A stretch of 64,000 nt of DNA from Zootoca vivipara (taxonomy: Eukaryota). Positions 51,286-63,101 of this stretch are shown here, in pieces. The notes under the pieces are model-generated. The model made no database searches and was not told where the DNA came from. It saw only the letters and a program-made list of their open reading frames with translations. The stretch's first letter is position 1. Each line of letters starts with the position of its first letter. Made by a program: the position numbers and the translations under genes. The stretch spans positions 35,774,001-35,838,000 of the forward strand of contig NC_083292.1 of the NCBI RefSeq assembly GCF_963506605.1, read 5' to 3'.

Positions 51286-53692
51286 CATAGAATCATAGAA
51301 TCATAGAATCATAGAATCATAGAGTTGGAAGAGACCACGAGGGCCATCCAGTCCAACCCCCTGCCAAGCAGGAAACACCATCAAAGCATTCCTGACAGAT
51401 GGGTGTCAAGCCTCTGCTTAAAGACCTCCAAAGAAGGAGACTCCACCACACTCCTTGGCAGCAAATTCCACTGCCGAACAGCTCTTACTGTCAGGAAGTT
51501 CTTCCTAATGTTTAGGTGGAATTTTCTTTCTTGTAGTTTGAATCCGTTGCTCCGTGTCCGCTTCTCTGGAGCAGCAGAAAACAACCTTTCTCCCTCCTTT
51601 ATATGACATCCTTTTATATATTTGAACATGGTTATCATATCACCCCTTAACCTTCTCTTCTCCAGGCTAAACATACCCAGCTCCCTAAGCCGTTCCTCAT
51701 AAGGCATCGTTTCCAGGCCTTTGACCATTTTGGTTGCCCTCTTCTGGACACGTTCCAGCTTATCAGTATCCTTCTTGAACTGTGGTGCCCAGAACTGGAC
51801 ACAATACTCCAGGTGAGGTCTGACCAGAGCAGAATACAGTGGTACTATTACTTCCCTTGATCTAGATGCTATACTCCTATTGATGCAGCCCAGAATTGCA
51901 TTGGCTTTTTTAGCTGCTGCATCACACTGCTGACTCATGTCAAGTTTGTGGTCAACCAAAACTCCTAGATCCTTTTCACATGTACTGCTCTCAAGCCAGG
52001 TGTCTCCCATCCTGTATTTGTGCCTTTCATTTTTTTTTGCCCAAGTGTAGTACTTTACATTTCTCCTTGTTAAAATTCATCTTGTTTGCTTTGGCCCAGT
52101 TGTCTAATCTGTTAAGGTCATTCTGAAGTGTGATCCTGTCCTCTGGGGTGTTAGCCACCCCTCCCAACTTGGTGTCATCTGCAAACTTGCTCAGGATTCC
52201 CTCAAGCCCATCATCCAAGTCATTGATAAAGATGTTGAACAAGACTGGGCCCAAGACAGAACCCTGTGGCACCCCACTAGTCACTACTCTCCAGGATGAG
52301 GAGGAGCCATTGATGAGCACCCTTTGGGTTCGGTCAGTAATCCAGCTACAAATCCACTGAATGGTAGCATTGTCTAGCCCACATTTTACCAGCTTCTTTA
52401 CAAGAATATCATGGGGCACCTTGTCAAAGGCCTTGCTGAAATCAAGATAGGCTACATCCACAGCGTTCCCTTCATCTACCAGGCTTGTAATTCTGTCAAA
52501 AAATGAGATCAGATTAGTCTGACATGACTTATTTTTCAGGAACCCATGCTGACTTTTAGTGATCACAGAGTTTCTTTCTAGGTGCTCACAGACTGTTTGC
52601 TTAATGATCTGCTCTAGAATCTTTCCTGGTATTGATGTCAGGCTGACTGGGCGGTAATTGTTTGGGTCCTCTCTTTCCCCCTTTTTGAAAATAGGGACAA
52701 CATTTGCCCTCCTCCAGTCTGCTGGAACTTCGCCTGTTCTCCAGGAATTTTCAAAGATTATTGCCAGTGGTTCTGAAATCACCTCTGCCAGTTCTTTTAA
52801 TACTCTTGGATGTAGTTCATCTGGCCCTGGAGACTTGAATACATCTAAACTAGCCAAGTATTCTTGTACTACCTCCTTACTTATTCTGGGCTGTGTTTCC
52901 CCTGCTGAATCATCTGCTCCATATTCTTCAGGTCGGGCGTTGTTTTCTTTCTTGGAGAAGACTGAGGCAAAGAAGGCATTGAGGAGTTCTGCCCTTTCTC
53001 TGTCCCCTGTTTGCATTTCACCATCTTCTCCTCTGAGTGACCCCACTGTTTCCTTGTTTTTCCTTTTGCTACGGACATACCCATAAAAGCCCTTTTTGTT
53101 GCTTTTAACCTCTCTGGCGAGCCTGAGTTCATTCTGTGCTTTAGCTTTTCTGACTTTGTCTCTACACGTGCTGGCTATATGTTTGAATTCCTCTCTGGAG
53201 ATTTCCCCCCTTTTCCATTTTTTGTACATATCCCTTTTAAATCTTAACTCAGTCAAAAGTTCTTTAGATAGCCAGCCTGGCTTCTTTAGGCACCTTCCAT
53301 GTTTCCGTCTCATTGGTATTGCCTGAAGTTGTGCTTTTAATATCTCCCTTTTAACAAACTCCCAACCATCATGAACTCCCTTCCCTTTTAGTATTACTGT
53401 CCATGGGATTTCACCCAGCGTTTCCCTAAGTTTTCTGAAGTCGGCTTTCTTAAAGTCTAGAATTTGGACCTTAGTATGCTTGGTTGCTCCTTTCCGCTGG
53501 ATAATAAACTCCAGAAGAGCATGGTCACTCCCACCTAATGATCCTGCCACTTCTACCCCACTAACCAAGTCATCACTATTGGTTAGGACCAGATCTAAAA
53601 TGGCTGATCCTCTTGTTGCTTCTCCCACTTTCTGGACAATGAAGTTGTCTGCAAGGCCAGTGAGGAATCTGTTCGACCTTATGCTCTTGGCT
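51286..53692 (-). mobile_element. Young 5'-truncated CR1 LINE (2.4 kb)
   Basis: [42 protein letters not shown]; (ATTCTATG)n tail; one frameshift in a 9-T run near 52030-52038. Confidence 0.95.
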
Positions 53693-53861
53693 ACACAGTG
53701 TAGATTTTGTAATTAATGTGCTGCAAGCTTCGGACAATAATATTTTTGTTCATGTTACATGATGCACTGTGCATGTATGGGAATGTTGTCAAAATATACC
53801 ATATTATCTAGCAATGATGGCATTTTATGTTGGCTACCAGCCAGATATTGTATTTTTCATA

Positions 53862-55029
53862 TCCTATATAATAATGTCCATGTTGTCCCTGCGTCCAGTT
53901 GTCCCGTGTGTCCCTGGGGTACTGCGCATGTACCCCAGAGACACAGGGATTGGACGGAGGGACAACGGCCAACCGCCGCTCCGCCAACCGCCGTTCCGAA
54001 GCCCAGTCTCATGCTGGAGGTGCGCGGCGAGGTGGCGGGGGAAAGAAGCACTCCCCCCGGCAGCCTTGCCGCGCACCTCCAGCATGGGACGGCGCTTCCT
54101 CGGCCGAAGCGGCAGCGGGCGCCGAGGGAAGCCGGCTTTGGCTTGGCGGCGGCGGGAAGAAGAGGAGGAATTCCTCCTCTTTTTCCCACCGCCGCCAAGC
54201 CAGTCCCCAAGCCGAAGTGCGGCGCGGTGGGGGCTTTTCGCTGTTTGACTTCCCGGAGTGAAGGGGGAGGCAAACGGCAAAAAGCACCCGCCGCGCCGCA
54301 CTTCGGCTCGGGGACTGGCTTGGCGGCGGCGGGAAGAAGGGGAGGAATTCCTCCCCTTCTTCCCGCCGCCGCCAAGCCAGTCCCCGAGCCAAAGTATGGC
54401 GCGGCGGGTTTTTTCGCCGTTTGCCTCCCCCTGGGGGGAAGGCAAATGGCGAAAAGCCCCCACTGCGGACTGGCTTGGCGGTGGCGGGAAGAAGGGGAGG
54501 AATTCCTCCCCTTCTTCCCGCCACCGCCAAGCCACTCCCGGAGCCGAATTGCGGCGTGGCGGGGGCTTTTTGCCATTTGCCTCCCCCTTAGCTCGGGGAA
54601 GGCAAACGGCGAAAAGCCCCCCCCCCCGTGCCGCAATTCGGCTCTGTCCCCCGCGCGCTTTAGTTTGGGGAAGCAGGCAGGGAGACGCAACAGCCCGGGA
54701 AGCTGCTGGCTGTTGCGTCTCCCTGCCTGCTTCCCCGAGCCGTAGCGCATCGTGGGACAGCCGAAGATCGGCGGGCGCTGTTTGCCGGGGTTGACAAACC
54801 CCGGCAAGCGGCGCCCGCCGATCTTCGTGTGACAGGCAGTGGGGAATGCAGGCAGGCAATAGAGCAAGCGCCTGCCTGCCTTCCCCGCCGCCAGTCCCCC
54901 GGTGCTTCGTGCAGCGCTGCTGGGTGCCGACCCGGCAGGCGCTTCCTTGATCTGGCGGCGTGCCGGGTCGGCACTGATCAGCCGGCATGCATTCTAGCGC
55001 CCGTTTATTTAACGGGCTGAAGACACTAG
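53862..55029 (+). mobile_element. Non-autonomous Helitron (1168 bp), GC-rich
   Basis: A|TCCTATATAATAA start; hairpin gcccgtt-tattt-aacgggc then CTAG|T end. Confidence 0.85.
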
Positions 55030-55034
55030 TAGAT

Positions 55035-55974
55035 CAATGTTGTCTGTCAGTACTTAGCAAAGAAAGCTATGATTACAAAGACCCAGCACAGGTTTCTCAA
55101 AAACAAACAATGCCAGGTGAATCTCACTATTTTTTATAGGGTCTTACAAGCTTGGCAGACCAGGGGAATGCAGTGGACATAGTGTATCTTGATTTCAGTA
55201 AGGCTTTTGACAAAGTCCCCGATTATATTCTTGTGAGGAAGCTGGTAAAATGTGGGCTGAACAGTCTGAGTCAGAATCTCGCAATGGCTGCTTTCTGTTT
55301 CCTTTCCAACGTAACAGCCTGGGAACCCCGAAGCGCCTCTCTCTGCTCCGACGGGGAGCCGTTCGTCTCAATTCCGGCGTGGGGGGGGGGGAATGGCCTC
55401 CCGGCTGACTGTCTGCCAGTTCCTTCTTCCACTGCTCTCTCTCCCTCCCCTTGGAGCAAGGGCTCTCTGAGGCTGTCAGTAATCTGATCCTGTGCTCTAG
55501 TAATCTGATCCTGTGCTTGACTTACTGCTTGGCGAGGAATTCGACCTGATGAGGGGGGGGGGTCCCTATAAGCCTTCCCCCTTACAGATGGATTTGTAGG
55601 TTGCTGACTGATTGAACCCAAAGAATACTCATTACTGGCCTCGGTCCAGTATACCTGAAGGAGCGTCTCCACCTCCATCATTCTGCCCGGACACTGAGGT
55701 CCAGCACCGAGGGCCTTCTGGCAGTTCCCTCGTTGCGAGAAGCCAAGTTGCAGGGAACTAGGCAGAGGGCCTTCTCAGTGGTGGTGCCTGCCCTGTGGAA
55801 CGCCCTCCCAACACATGTCAAAAAGGAAAACAACTACCAGACTTTTAGACGACATCTGAAGGCAGTCCTGTTCAGGGCGGCTTTTAATGTTTAATAGATT
55901 GTTGTTTTATTCTTCTGTTGGAAGCCGCCCAGAGTGGCTGGGGAGACCCGGCCAGATGGGCAGGGTATAAATAA

Positions 55975-56019
<45 letters not shown>

Positions 56020-56312
56020 GATTCCTCATCATCCTAGGGAAAAGTTACAAGTGGGGTGCCATAGGGTTCAGTCCTGGGCCCATTGTTGTTCAACATCTTT
56101 ATAAATGACTTTGATGAAGCAAATGAACAGACTGGCAGGAATAGCTAATGCTGCAGAAGACAGAATTGGGATTCAAAATGACCTTAACAGATTGGAGAAC
56201 TGGGCCCAAAATAACAATATGAATTTTATTTGGGACAAATGTAAGTTTCTGCACTTAGGTGGAAAGAACTAGCTGCACAAATATAAGATCGGGGGCATCT
56301 GGCTTAGTAGTA
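55035..56312 (+). mobile_element. Old CR1 remnant interrupted by an unclassified insertion (about 55265-55585) and an L2 3' fragment (55636-56019)
   Basis: [19 protein letters not shown]; GVP.GSVLGP-coding sequence near 56050; L2 (ATT)n tail. Confidence 0.7.
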
Positions 56313-56544
56313 GTACAGTGGTACCTTGGGTTACAAACACCTCGGATTACAAACACTTTGGGTTACAGACTCTGCTAACCCGGAAGTAGTACCTCGGGTT
56401 AAGAACTTTGCCACAGTATGAGAACAGAAATCACATGGCAGCGGCGAGGCAGCAGCGGGAGGCTAAAGTGGTACCTCAGGTTAGCTAAAGTGGTACCTCA
56501 GGTTAAGAACAGTTTCAGGTTAAGAACAGACCTCTGTAGTAGTA

Positions 56545-57560
56545 GTAGTAGTAGTAATAATAATAATAATAATTATTATTTATTTATACCCCACCCATCT
56601 GGTTGGGTTCCCCAGCCACTCTGGGCAGCTTCCAACAGAATATTAAAATACAATAATCTATTAAACATTAAAAGCTTCCCTAAACAGGACTGCCTTCAGA
56701 TGTCTTCTAAAAGTCTGGTAGTTGTTCTTCTCTTTGTCATCTGGTGAGAGGGCATTCCACAGGGTGGGTGCCACTACCGAGGAGGCCCTCTGCCTGGTTC
56801 CCTGTAACTTGCGTAGTGAGGGAACTGCCAGAAGGCCCTCGGCGCTGGACCTGTCTGGGCTAAACGATGGGGGTGGAAACGCTCCTTCAGGTATACTGGA
56901 CCGAGGCCATTTAGAGCTTTAAAGGTCAGCACCAACACTTTGAATTGTGCTCGGAAATGTTCTGGGAGCCAATGGAGGTCTTTCAATACCGGTGTTACGT
57001 GGTCTCGGCAGCCGCTCCCAGTCACCAGTCTAGCTGCATACTGATGAGCACCCAGCCCAAACCCCCTGATGATCTCTCCCAGCGGCTGCATGTAGAATGT
57101 GAAAAGCATGGGGAAGAGGACAGAACCCTGAGGCACCCCACAAGTGAGAGCCCAGGGGTCTGAACATCCACCCCCCCACTTTCTGAACACACCCCAAGAA
57201 GAAGGAGCAGAACCACTGTATAATAGTGCCCCCAGCTCCCAACCCCTCTAGATGGTCCAGAAGGATGTTATGATCGATGGTGTCAAAAGCTGCTGAGAGA
57301 TCCAGCAGGACCAGGAAACAGCTCTCACCTTTGTCCCTAGCCTGCCAGAGATCATCAATCAGTGCGATCAAGGCAGTTTCAGTCCCATGATAAGGCCTGA
57401 ATCCCGACTGGAAGGGATTCAAATGGTCCGCTTCTTCCAGGCGTGCCTGGAGTTGTTCAGCAACCACTTGCTCACTCACCTTGCCAAGAATGGAAGATTC
57501 AAGACTGGGCGATAGTTGGCCATATTGGCTGCATCCAAAGATTTTTTTTTAAGAAGCGGT
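56545..57560 (-). mobile_element. Internally deleted L2 fragment adjoining a Tigger-like MITE end (56315-56535)
   Basis: [36 protein letters not shown]. Confidence 0.8.
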
Positions 57561-57622
57561 TTAATGATCGCCTCTTTCAGCGGGTCTGGGAAAGCTGAAA
57601 GCTCTTTCAGCGGGTCTGGAAA

Positions 57623-57853
57623 ATCTCATGAGAAGAGAAGACTCCCTGGAAAAGACCCTGGGGTTGGGAAAGATTGAGGGCACAAGGAGAAGGGGGCGAC
57701 AGAGGACGAGATGGTTGGACAGTGTTCTCGAAGCTACTAGCATGAGTTTTACCAAACTGCAGGAGGCAGTGGAAGACAGGAGTGCCTGGCGTGCTCTGGT
57801 CCATGGGGTCACGAAGAGTCGGACACGACTAAAGGACTAAACAACAACAACAA
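57623..57853 (+). mobile_element. RTE-BovB 3' fragment
   Basis: SLEKTLGLGKIEGTRRRGRQRTRWLD; (CAA)n tail. Confidence 0.85.
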
Positions 57854-58037
57854 GAGAGGATAAGGCAAATTCATTGGGTGGGTGGGGGGAGGCAATCAGT
57901 GTTCATTAGTCATGATGACTATGTTTCCCTTCCACTGTTGCAGCCAAAATGCCTCTGAATACCGGTGATTGAGAATCATAAATGAGGAGAGGTGTGGGTG
58001 TGCATATTCATAGAATCATATTGTTGTAGAGTTGGAA

Positions 58038-58484
58038 GTCAGAAGTGGAACGGGAAGTGTGAGGGGCAAGGGATATCGCGAAGCCCCTCCCCTCCTGAGT
58101 TCCAGCCCAGACCCGAGCGAGGCTGAAAAGAAGGAAAGCTCCAGCTCAAGTGGGGAAACAGGAAGTGGGTTCCAAGGCTCTGGCAGGGAAAGAGAGCCAT
58201 CGTCCCAGGTGGGACAGGAAGGGGAAAGGAAGGGGGGCAGGCCAGTCCCACCAACTCCGGAACTTCGCAAAAGGCGTCGGGGGAAGAGGATGGGTCTCCC
58301 CAAGTTATTATGCTGGCGCAAAACGCGCCAAAAGCCACTTGGAGGTTCTGATTCAAGCTGAACAGATGTGTCTTTGTAAATAGCACTGCCATTAGCACTG
58401 TAAATACTCTGCACCAATAAAAGATGAAAGGCAGAGTTGTGTAGAGTCGTTACTCTGAAGTAGCCTTCTCCGGCGACCGTGACA
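58038..58484 (+). mobile_element. Candidate solo LTR
   Basis: gtcag...gtgaca ends, internal AATAAA about 65 nt before the end, possible ggaa TSD; 5' T missing. Confidence 0.35.
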
Positions 58485-58710
58485 GGAAGGATTACCAACT
58501 AAGGAGGAATGGCTTATGAAACTGATGGAATATGCTGAAATGGCAAAATATGCTGCCAAATTAAGAAGACATTTCGACAAAGTGTTTAAGGAGGAATGGA
58601 GACCACCAATGGGTTATCTATCAAATTATCACCAATACAAGAAGATGTGGGCAGGATTTTAAATATAATCAGTGGATTAGTGAAAGATTTAATGGTACAG
58701 GGGTGTAGAA

Positions 58711-58764
<54 letters not shown>

Positions 58765-60067
58765 TGTTATAAAGCAGCTAATAAAAATGAGGGGGAAAAA
58801 CATCAGGAAAGGAGGGGTGGGAATTCAAGAAGAAACTTTGTATATTAAAATGTATATGATGATAAATGCTTTGAAATATAAATAAAATTGTGTGTTTGTG
58901 TGTGTGTGTCTTTTGAGTTGAAAAGGATCCCAAGGGTGTTCTAGTCCAACGACTTGCATTGCAGGTATCTGAGCTAAAGCATCCATGGCAGATGGCCATC
59001 CAACCTCTGCTTAAAAACCTCCAAGGACGGAGAGTCCACAACCTCCCAAGGGAGACCTTTCCACTGTTGAACAGCTTTCAGAATCACACCCCCCCCCCCC
59101 GATGTTTAGTCAGAATCTCATTTCTTGTAACTTGAAGCCATTGGTCCCTACTTGTGGACTTCCCAATAGGACAACTAAGCCGAGTCTTTGAGTAAATGGA
59201 CCTTTGGCCTTATCAAGAAGGCCTGCTCTAATGTCATGGTAAGGGCAGTGTATAATCCCAGTAAAAATTATTGCCAAAAAAATTGCATTGCCAATTACTC
59301 TTCCTGAACCATAGGACCTGTCCGGATGTTATGAGCAATCTGGCTACCTAAGCAGACGCACTAATTACAACCCACCTCCCCCAAATGACAGCACAGAGTA
59401 ATGAGGGGCTTTTTCTTGTATCAAGCTGGCCCACAGGCAAAATCAAAGCTCATTCTTGGCCCATTAAGAATCACCCAAACTTGCATTCAGCCCCAGTTTC
59501 AATGCAAGTTCTTTCCCTAAATTAACCATTTGTGACACTGAAGGAGAACACTGCACTCGTGTTGAAAAAGTGGGAAATGTGAATTTTATCAAGATGACTT
59601 TATCTTAATTAGGACCCTCGTACCTACTGGACCGCCTCTCCTGTTAGGCCCCGCGGAGGACCTTAAGGTCCACAAATAACAACATTCTGGAGATTCTGAG
59701 CCATAAGGTGGTTAGATTGGTCTCAACTAGGGCCAGGGCCTTTTCAGTACTGGCCCCAACTTGGTGGAATGCTCTTTCACAGGAGACCAGGGCCCTGTGG
59801 GATTTGTCATCTTTATGCAGGGCCTGCAAGACCCTGCAAGTTCCGCCTGGCCTTTGGGTTGGATTCAGTCTGACCCCTGTGTTTTCCTCCTTCATGGTTT
59901 GGATTTATGGACTACTTAAAATGAGGCTGCATTTAAATTTTTAAATTTTAATATTGTATTTTAATCTGTATTTTAATTAATTGTTTTCTTTTCTTTTATA
60001 TCTTCTTGTAATTTTATTGGCATTAGCCGCCCTGAGCCCGGTTTTGACTGGGGACAGTGGGGTATAA

Positions 60068-60100
<33 letters not shown>

Positions 60101-60465
60101 TTATTTCCACATATAAGTAAAGCATTCAGGGTGCTAGAATGGAGGGCTTCCCACACATACACCAGTTTTAATATGGCCAAAGGGTGCTTCACATACCTGA
60201 GGTTCAAAAACCAACACAGAGAGACATTAAAAGAATGAAGAAGCTTTACTGAAAAGTTCAAGGAAATAGCACAAAAAGTTGTACAAGAAGCAAGGAAGAC
60301 ACACAGTGTGGAAGGATCTTATTCTTCTATACTTTAAAATAAAGGGTGTTTGTGTGATTTTTCAGCCATGGTTATTTAGATTCAGCTCTTCTGACGCAAC
60401 GTCAAATGATCTGTATCAAGCTCCGTGGATATCAGTTCAGGATATTCTTCTTGGGATTAATTGAC

Positions 60466-60975
60466 CTATGCACAGATGCTACCACGACGCCCAAACCTCC
60501 TTCCAAGGAGTGCCCCCTTCCCGTAGCCCAAACCATAGCCCCAGCCCCCAGAGCTTCCAAGGAGGCCAGACCCATAGCCCCACCCTCCATAGCCATAACC
60601 CCCTACGATCCCGGAACCACCAACAGCACATGGAGTGTTGCCTCCAACAGCCACAGGCTCACAGCTGGCAGAGAGGATGGGCCCTGGGATGGTCACAACG
60701 GAGGCAGGTGGCTGGATCACGACCTCTGCTGGTGGGATCTGGTTGACGCATGATGGGGCAACTCCTGCCAGGACTCCAAGGTTGGCTGCTCTTTCAGCAC
60801 CTCCATATCCATAGCCCAGGCCTCCAAATCCGAAGCCCTGACCTCCCCATCCATAGCCGAGACCTCCCCATCCAGAGCCGAGACCACCATAGCCAAGACC
60901 TCCTGCTGAGCCAAACCCAACAGTGGGGGTGGAAGCGCAGGATGGGACAGCACAGGATGGACCACAGTCAACCAT
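60466..60975 (-). CDS. Corneous beta-protein gene 7 (169 aa)
   Basis: True start MVDCG at 60975; acceptor 60994-60995; near-identical to gene 6; AGTAAA on minus strand 60245-60250. Confidence 0.95.
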   Translation of the reverse strand: MVDCGPSCAVPSCASTPTVGFGSAGGLGYGGLGSGWGGLGYGWGGQGFGFGGLGYGYGGAERAANLGVLAGVAPSCVNQIPPAEVVIQPPASVVTIPGPILSASCEPVAVGGNTPCAVGGSGIVGGYGYGGWGYGSGLLGSSGGWGYGLGYGKGALLGRRFGRRGSICA

Positions 60976-61957
60976 TGTTGGATGGAGGTGAGTCTGAAAC
61001 CAAAAAACACCAAGGGACAAAATAAGTGTGGGATACATCACTTCAATGGGGAGTGCAAGCAATCTGTCAGAGGTATTATGATATTTTCCCCATCCCCATT
61101 TTCCCCAACTTAAACCATCTTCCTTTCTCCTTGATTGAAAAACAGCTGTTTTTGGTTATTCAACAAACATTAAGCACTAATTCATGCATTCTGTATTGTC
61201 CACCTCAGTCTTTCTCTCCATTGTGGGTCCTAAATCTTATCCCTCATGGTTCCAGGAAGGTGAGGGGACGTCCCTTAGCCTGAAGTCCTTTAGAGCAGCT
61301 TCTAGTCAGTGTAGACAATACTGAACTAGGGGTCCAGTGGTCTGACATGGTACGGGTCAACTCCATATACTTCTACTTGAGTCAGCACTTTACACAGAGC
61401 CTTGAAGTCTAGAGTTTTTCTTTGTTTCTATGGGAAGGGTCATAGGGTCATTGCTCAGTGGCAGGATGCATGGTTTTTATGCAGAAATCCCCAGGTTCTG
61501 TCCCAGGAATCTGCAGGTTGAGCTGGTAAGTGCTCCCTCCTTGAAGCTTTGGAGAGTCATATCTGGTCATTTTAAATGATACCAATCTGGATGGACCAAG
61601 AGTCTAACTCAGTATAAGACAGCTAAATACGTGATTTCATAAGATACATACAGAAAAGAAGCCAGCCAACAACATGAAGGATTAAGTTTCCTGGTCCCTT
61701 TGGCTCACCCATAAAATATTTGTGTGGGCTCTTCCCCCCCCCCCCAAAGTTGATTACCATTGCCATACAAAAGGTGCCGGCGTGTCACATTTTGTGATCA
61801 ATTATGTGGGGCAGTGATCACTTGGGCCCCCCTATTTTAATCAATTTGGCACCCCTGGGGAGAGCTATCCATCTCACAGAATAATAGAGTTGGAATTCAG
61901 TTTGTTGAATCCTCAGATCAGTGCAAGAATCATGCAAATGCAGAATCCCAGCATAGA

Positions 61958-62086
61958 TTCACAGAATGGTAGAGTTGAAAGGGACCCAGAGGGTAATCTA
62001 GCTCAACCAATCGAGGAATCTTTTTGCCCAGTGTAGGGCTCAAATCCATGACCCTGAGGTTAAGAGCCTCATGCTCTACTGAGTGA
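61958..62086 (-). mobile_element. tRNA-Lys(CTT)-derived SINE with CR1-like tail, in gene 7 intron
   Basis: Minus strand gtagagcatgaggctcttaacctcagggtc..gagccc..gggc followed by ggtccctttcaactctaccattctgtga. Confidence 0.65.
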
Positions 62087-62099
62087 ACATGTGACTTAC

Positions 62100-62186
62100 C
62101 AAAGTCTCGGAGGAGTAGAAATGGACAGAAGGAGATCAAGTTCAGGGAAGCTGTTGAGATATCTCAGCCCAGGGAACCCTTTTATA
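62100..62186 (-). promoter_or_regulatory. Gene 7 TATA box and non-coding exon 1 (intron 60994-62099)
   Basis: TATAAAA 62186-62180; donor GTAAGT at 62099. Confidence 0.8.
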
Positions 62187-62749
62187 CTCTTTTGACTGGA
62201 TCCCCTGATGGCCCCACAGCTGGCTTGGATACACCCCCTGTTCCTCTGAAGCTGGAATTAGCAAATAATTTGTGATATGCCTCAGGCCCGCTAATTATTT
62301 TAATAATAATGAAAAATGAGACAAAAGTGTTAGCATTTCCTCAACTTCCCACAACGCGTCTCTCCCACTCTGACACGTTTGATCTTGGCTTCTTAAAACT
62401 TCTGCAAAACAAAGTTGAAAGAAATGAGTGTATGTTCCTTTTCTGACAGATCAACAGATATGTTGTCCCCATTTTCCCCCTCTTCAAAATAGCTAAAGTA
62501 GCCGTGGGTGTTCAGAGTGGGCTACTTGACTTTCATATCCAGGATTTCAGTTGATCTTTCCAGCCACAACACATTGCCATCGTTCTCTACCTCCACTGCA
62601 GTGGGAACCATTGGGAAGAGGGCTATTGAAATCACATCCTTCTTGTGGGTTTTTCATTGAATCTGGTTGGGCACAGTGGGGACAGGATGCTGGTCTAGAT
62701 GCGGTTTTTCCTTTTTATTTATTTTTCTGATTATTATTTTTTAAAAGAG

Positions 62750-62972
62750 AGCTAGTGTGGTATAGTGGTTAAGAGCGGTAGACTCGTAATCTGGGGAACC
62801 GGGTTCGCGTCTCCGCTCCTCCACATGCAGCTGCTGGGTGACCTTGGGCTAGTCACACTTCTCTGAAGTCTCTCAGCCCCACTCACCTCACAGAGTGTTT
62901 GTTGTGGGGGAGGAAGGGAAAGGAGAATGTTAGCCACTTTGAGACTTCTTCGGGTAGTGATAAAGCGGGATA
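62750..62972 (+). mobile_element. Squam3-like tRNA-derived SINE running into the gap
   Basis: A box gtggtatagtggtt, B-box-like gggttcgcgtct, core tgggtgaccttgggctagtcac, L2-like tail. Confidence 0.7.
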
Positions 62973-63101
62973 NNNNNNNNNNNNNNNNNNNNNNNNNNNN
63001 NNNNNNNNNNNNNNNNNNNNNNNNNNNNNNNNNNNNNNNNNNNNNNNNNNNNNNNNNNNNNNNNNNNNNNNNNNNNNNNNNNNNNNNNNNNNNNNNNNNN
63101 N
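62973..63101. other. Assembly gap (129 N)
   Basis: Run of N. Confidence 1.

Larger units (their letters stand above)
47946..61052. repeat. Inverted duplication, arms about 47946-49692 and 59254-61052 (genes 6 and 7 with 3' flanks)
   Basis: Reverse-complement match across coding exon, 3'UTR, shared L2 fragment (48900-49347 / 59612-60098) and unique flank. Confidence 0.9.

Noticed and set aside
53759-54988. Several overlapping 300+ aa ORFs on both strands
   Set aside because: By-product of the GC-rich palindromic Helitron interior; low-complexity translations with no domain motifs
62020-62086. tRNA-Lys-like sequence (also tRNA-like heads at 7844, 21565, 62750)
   Set aside because: Degenerate, 5' stem missing, and fused to LINE-derived tails, so these are SINEs rather than tRNA genes
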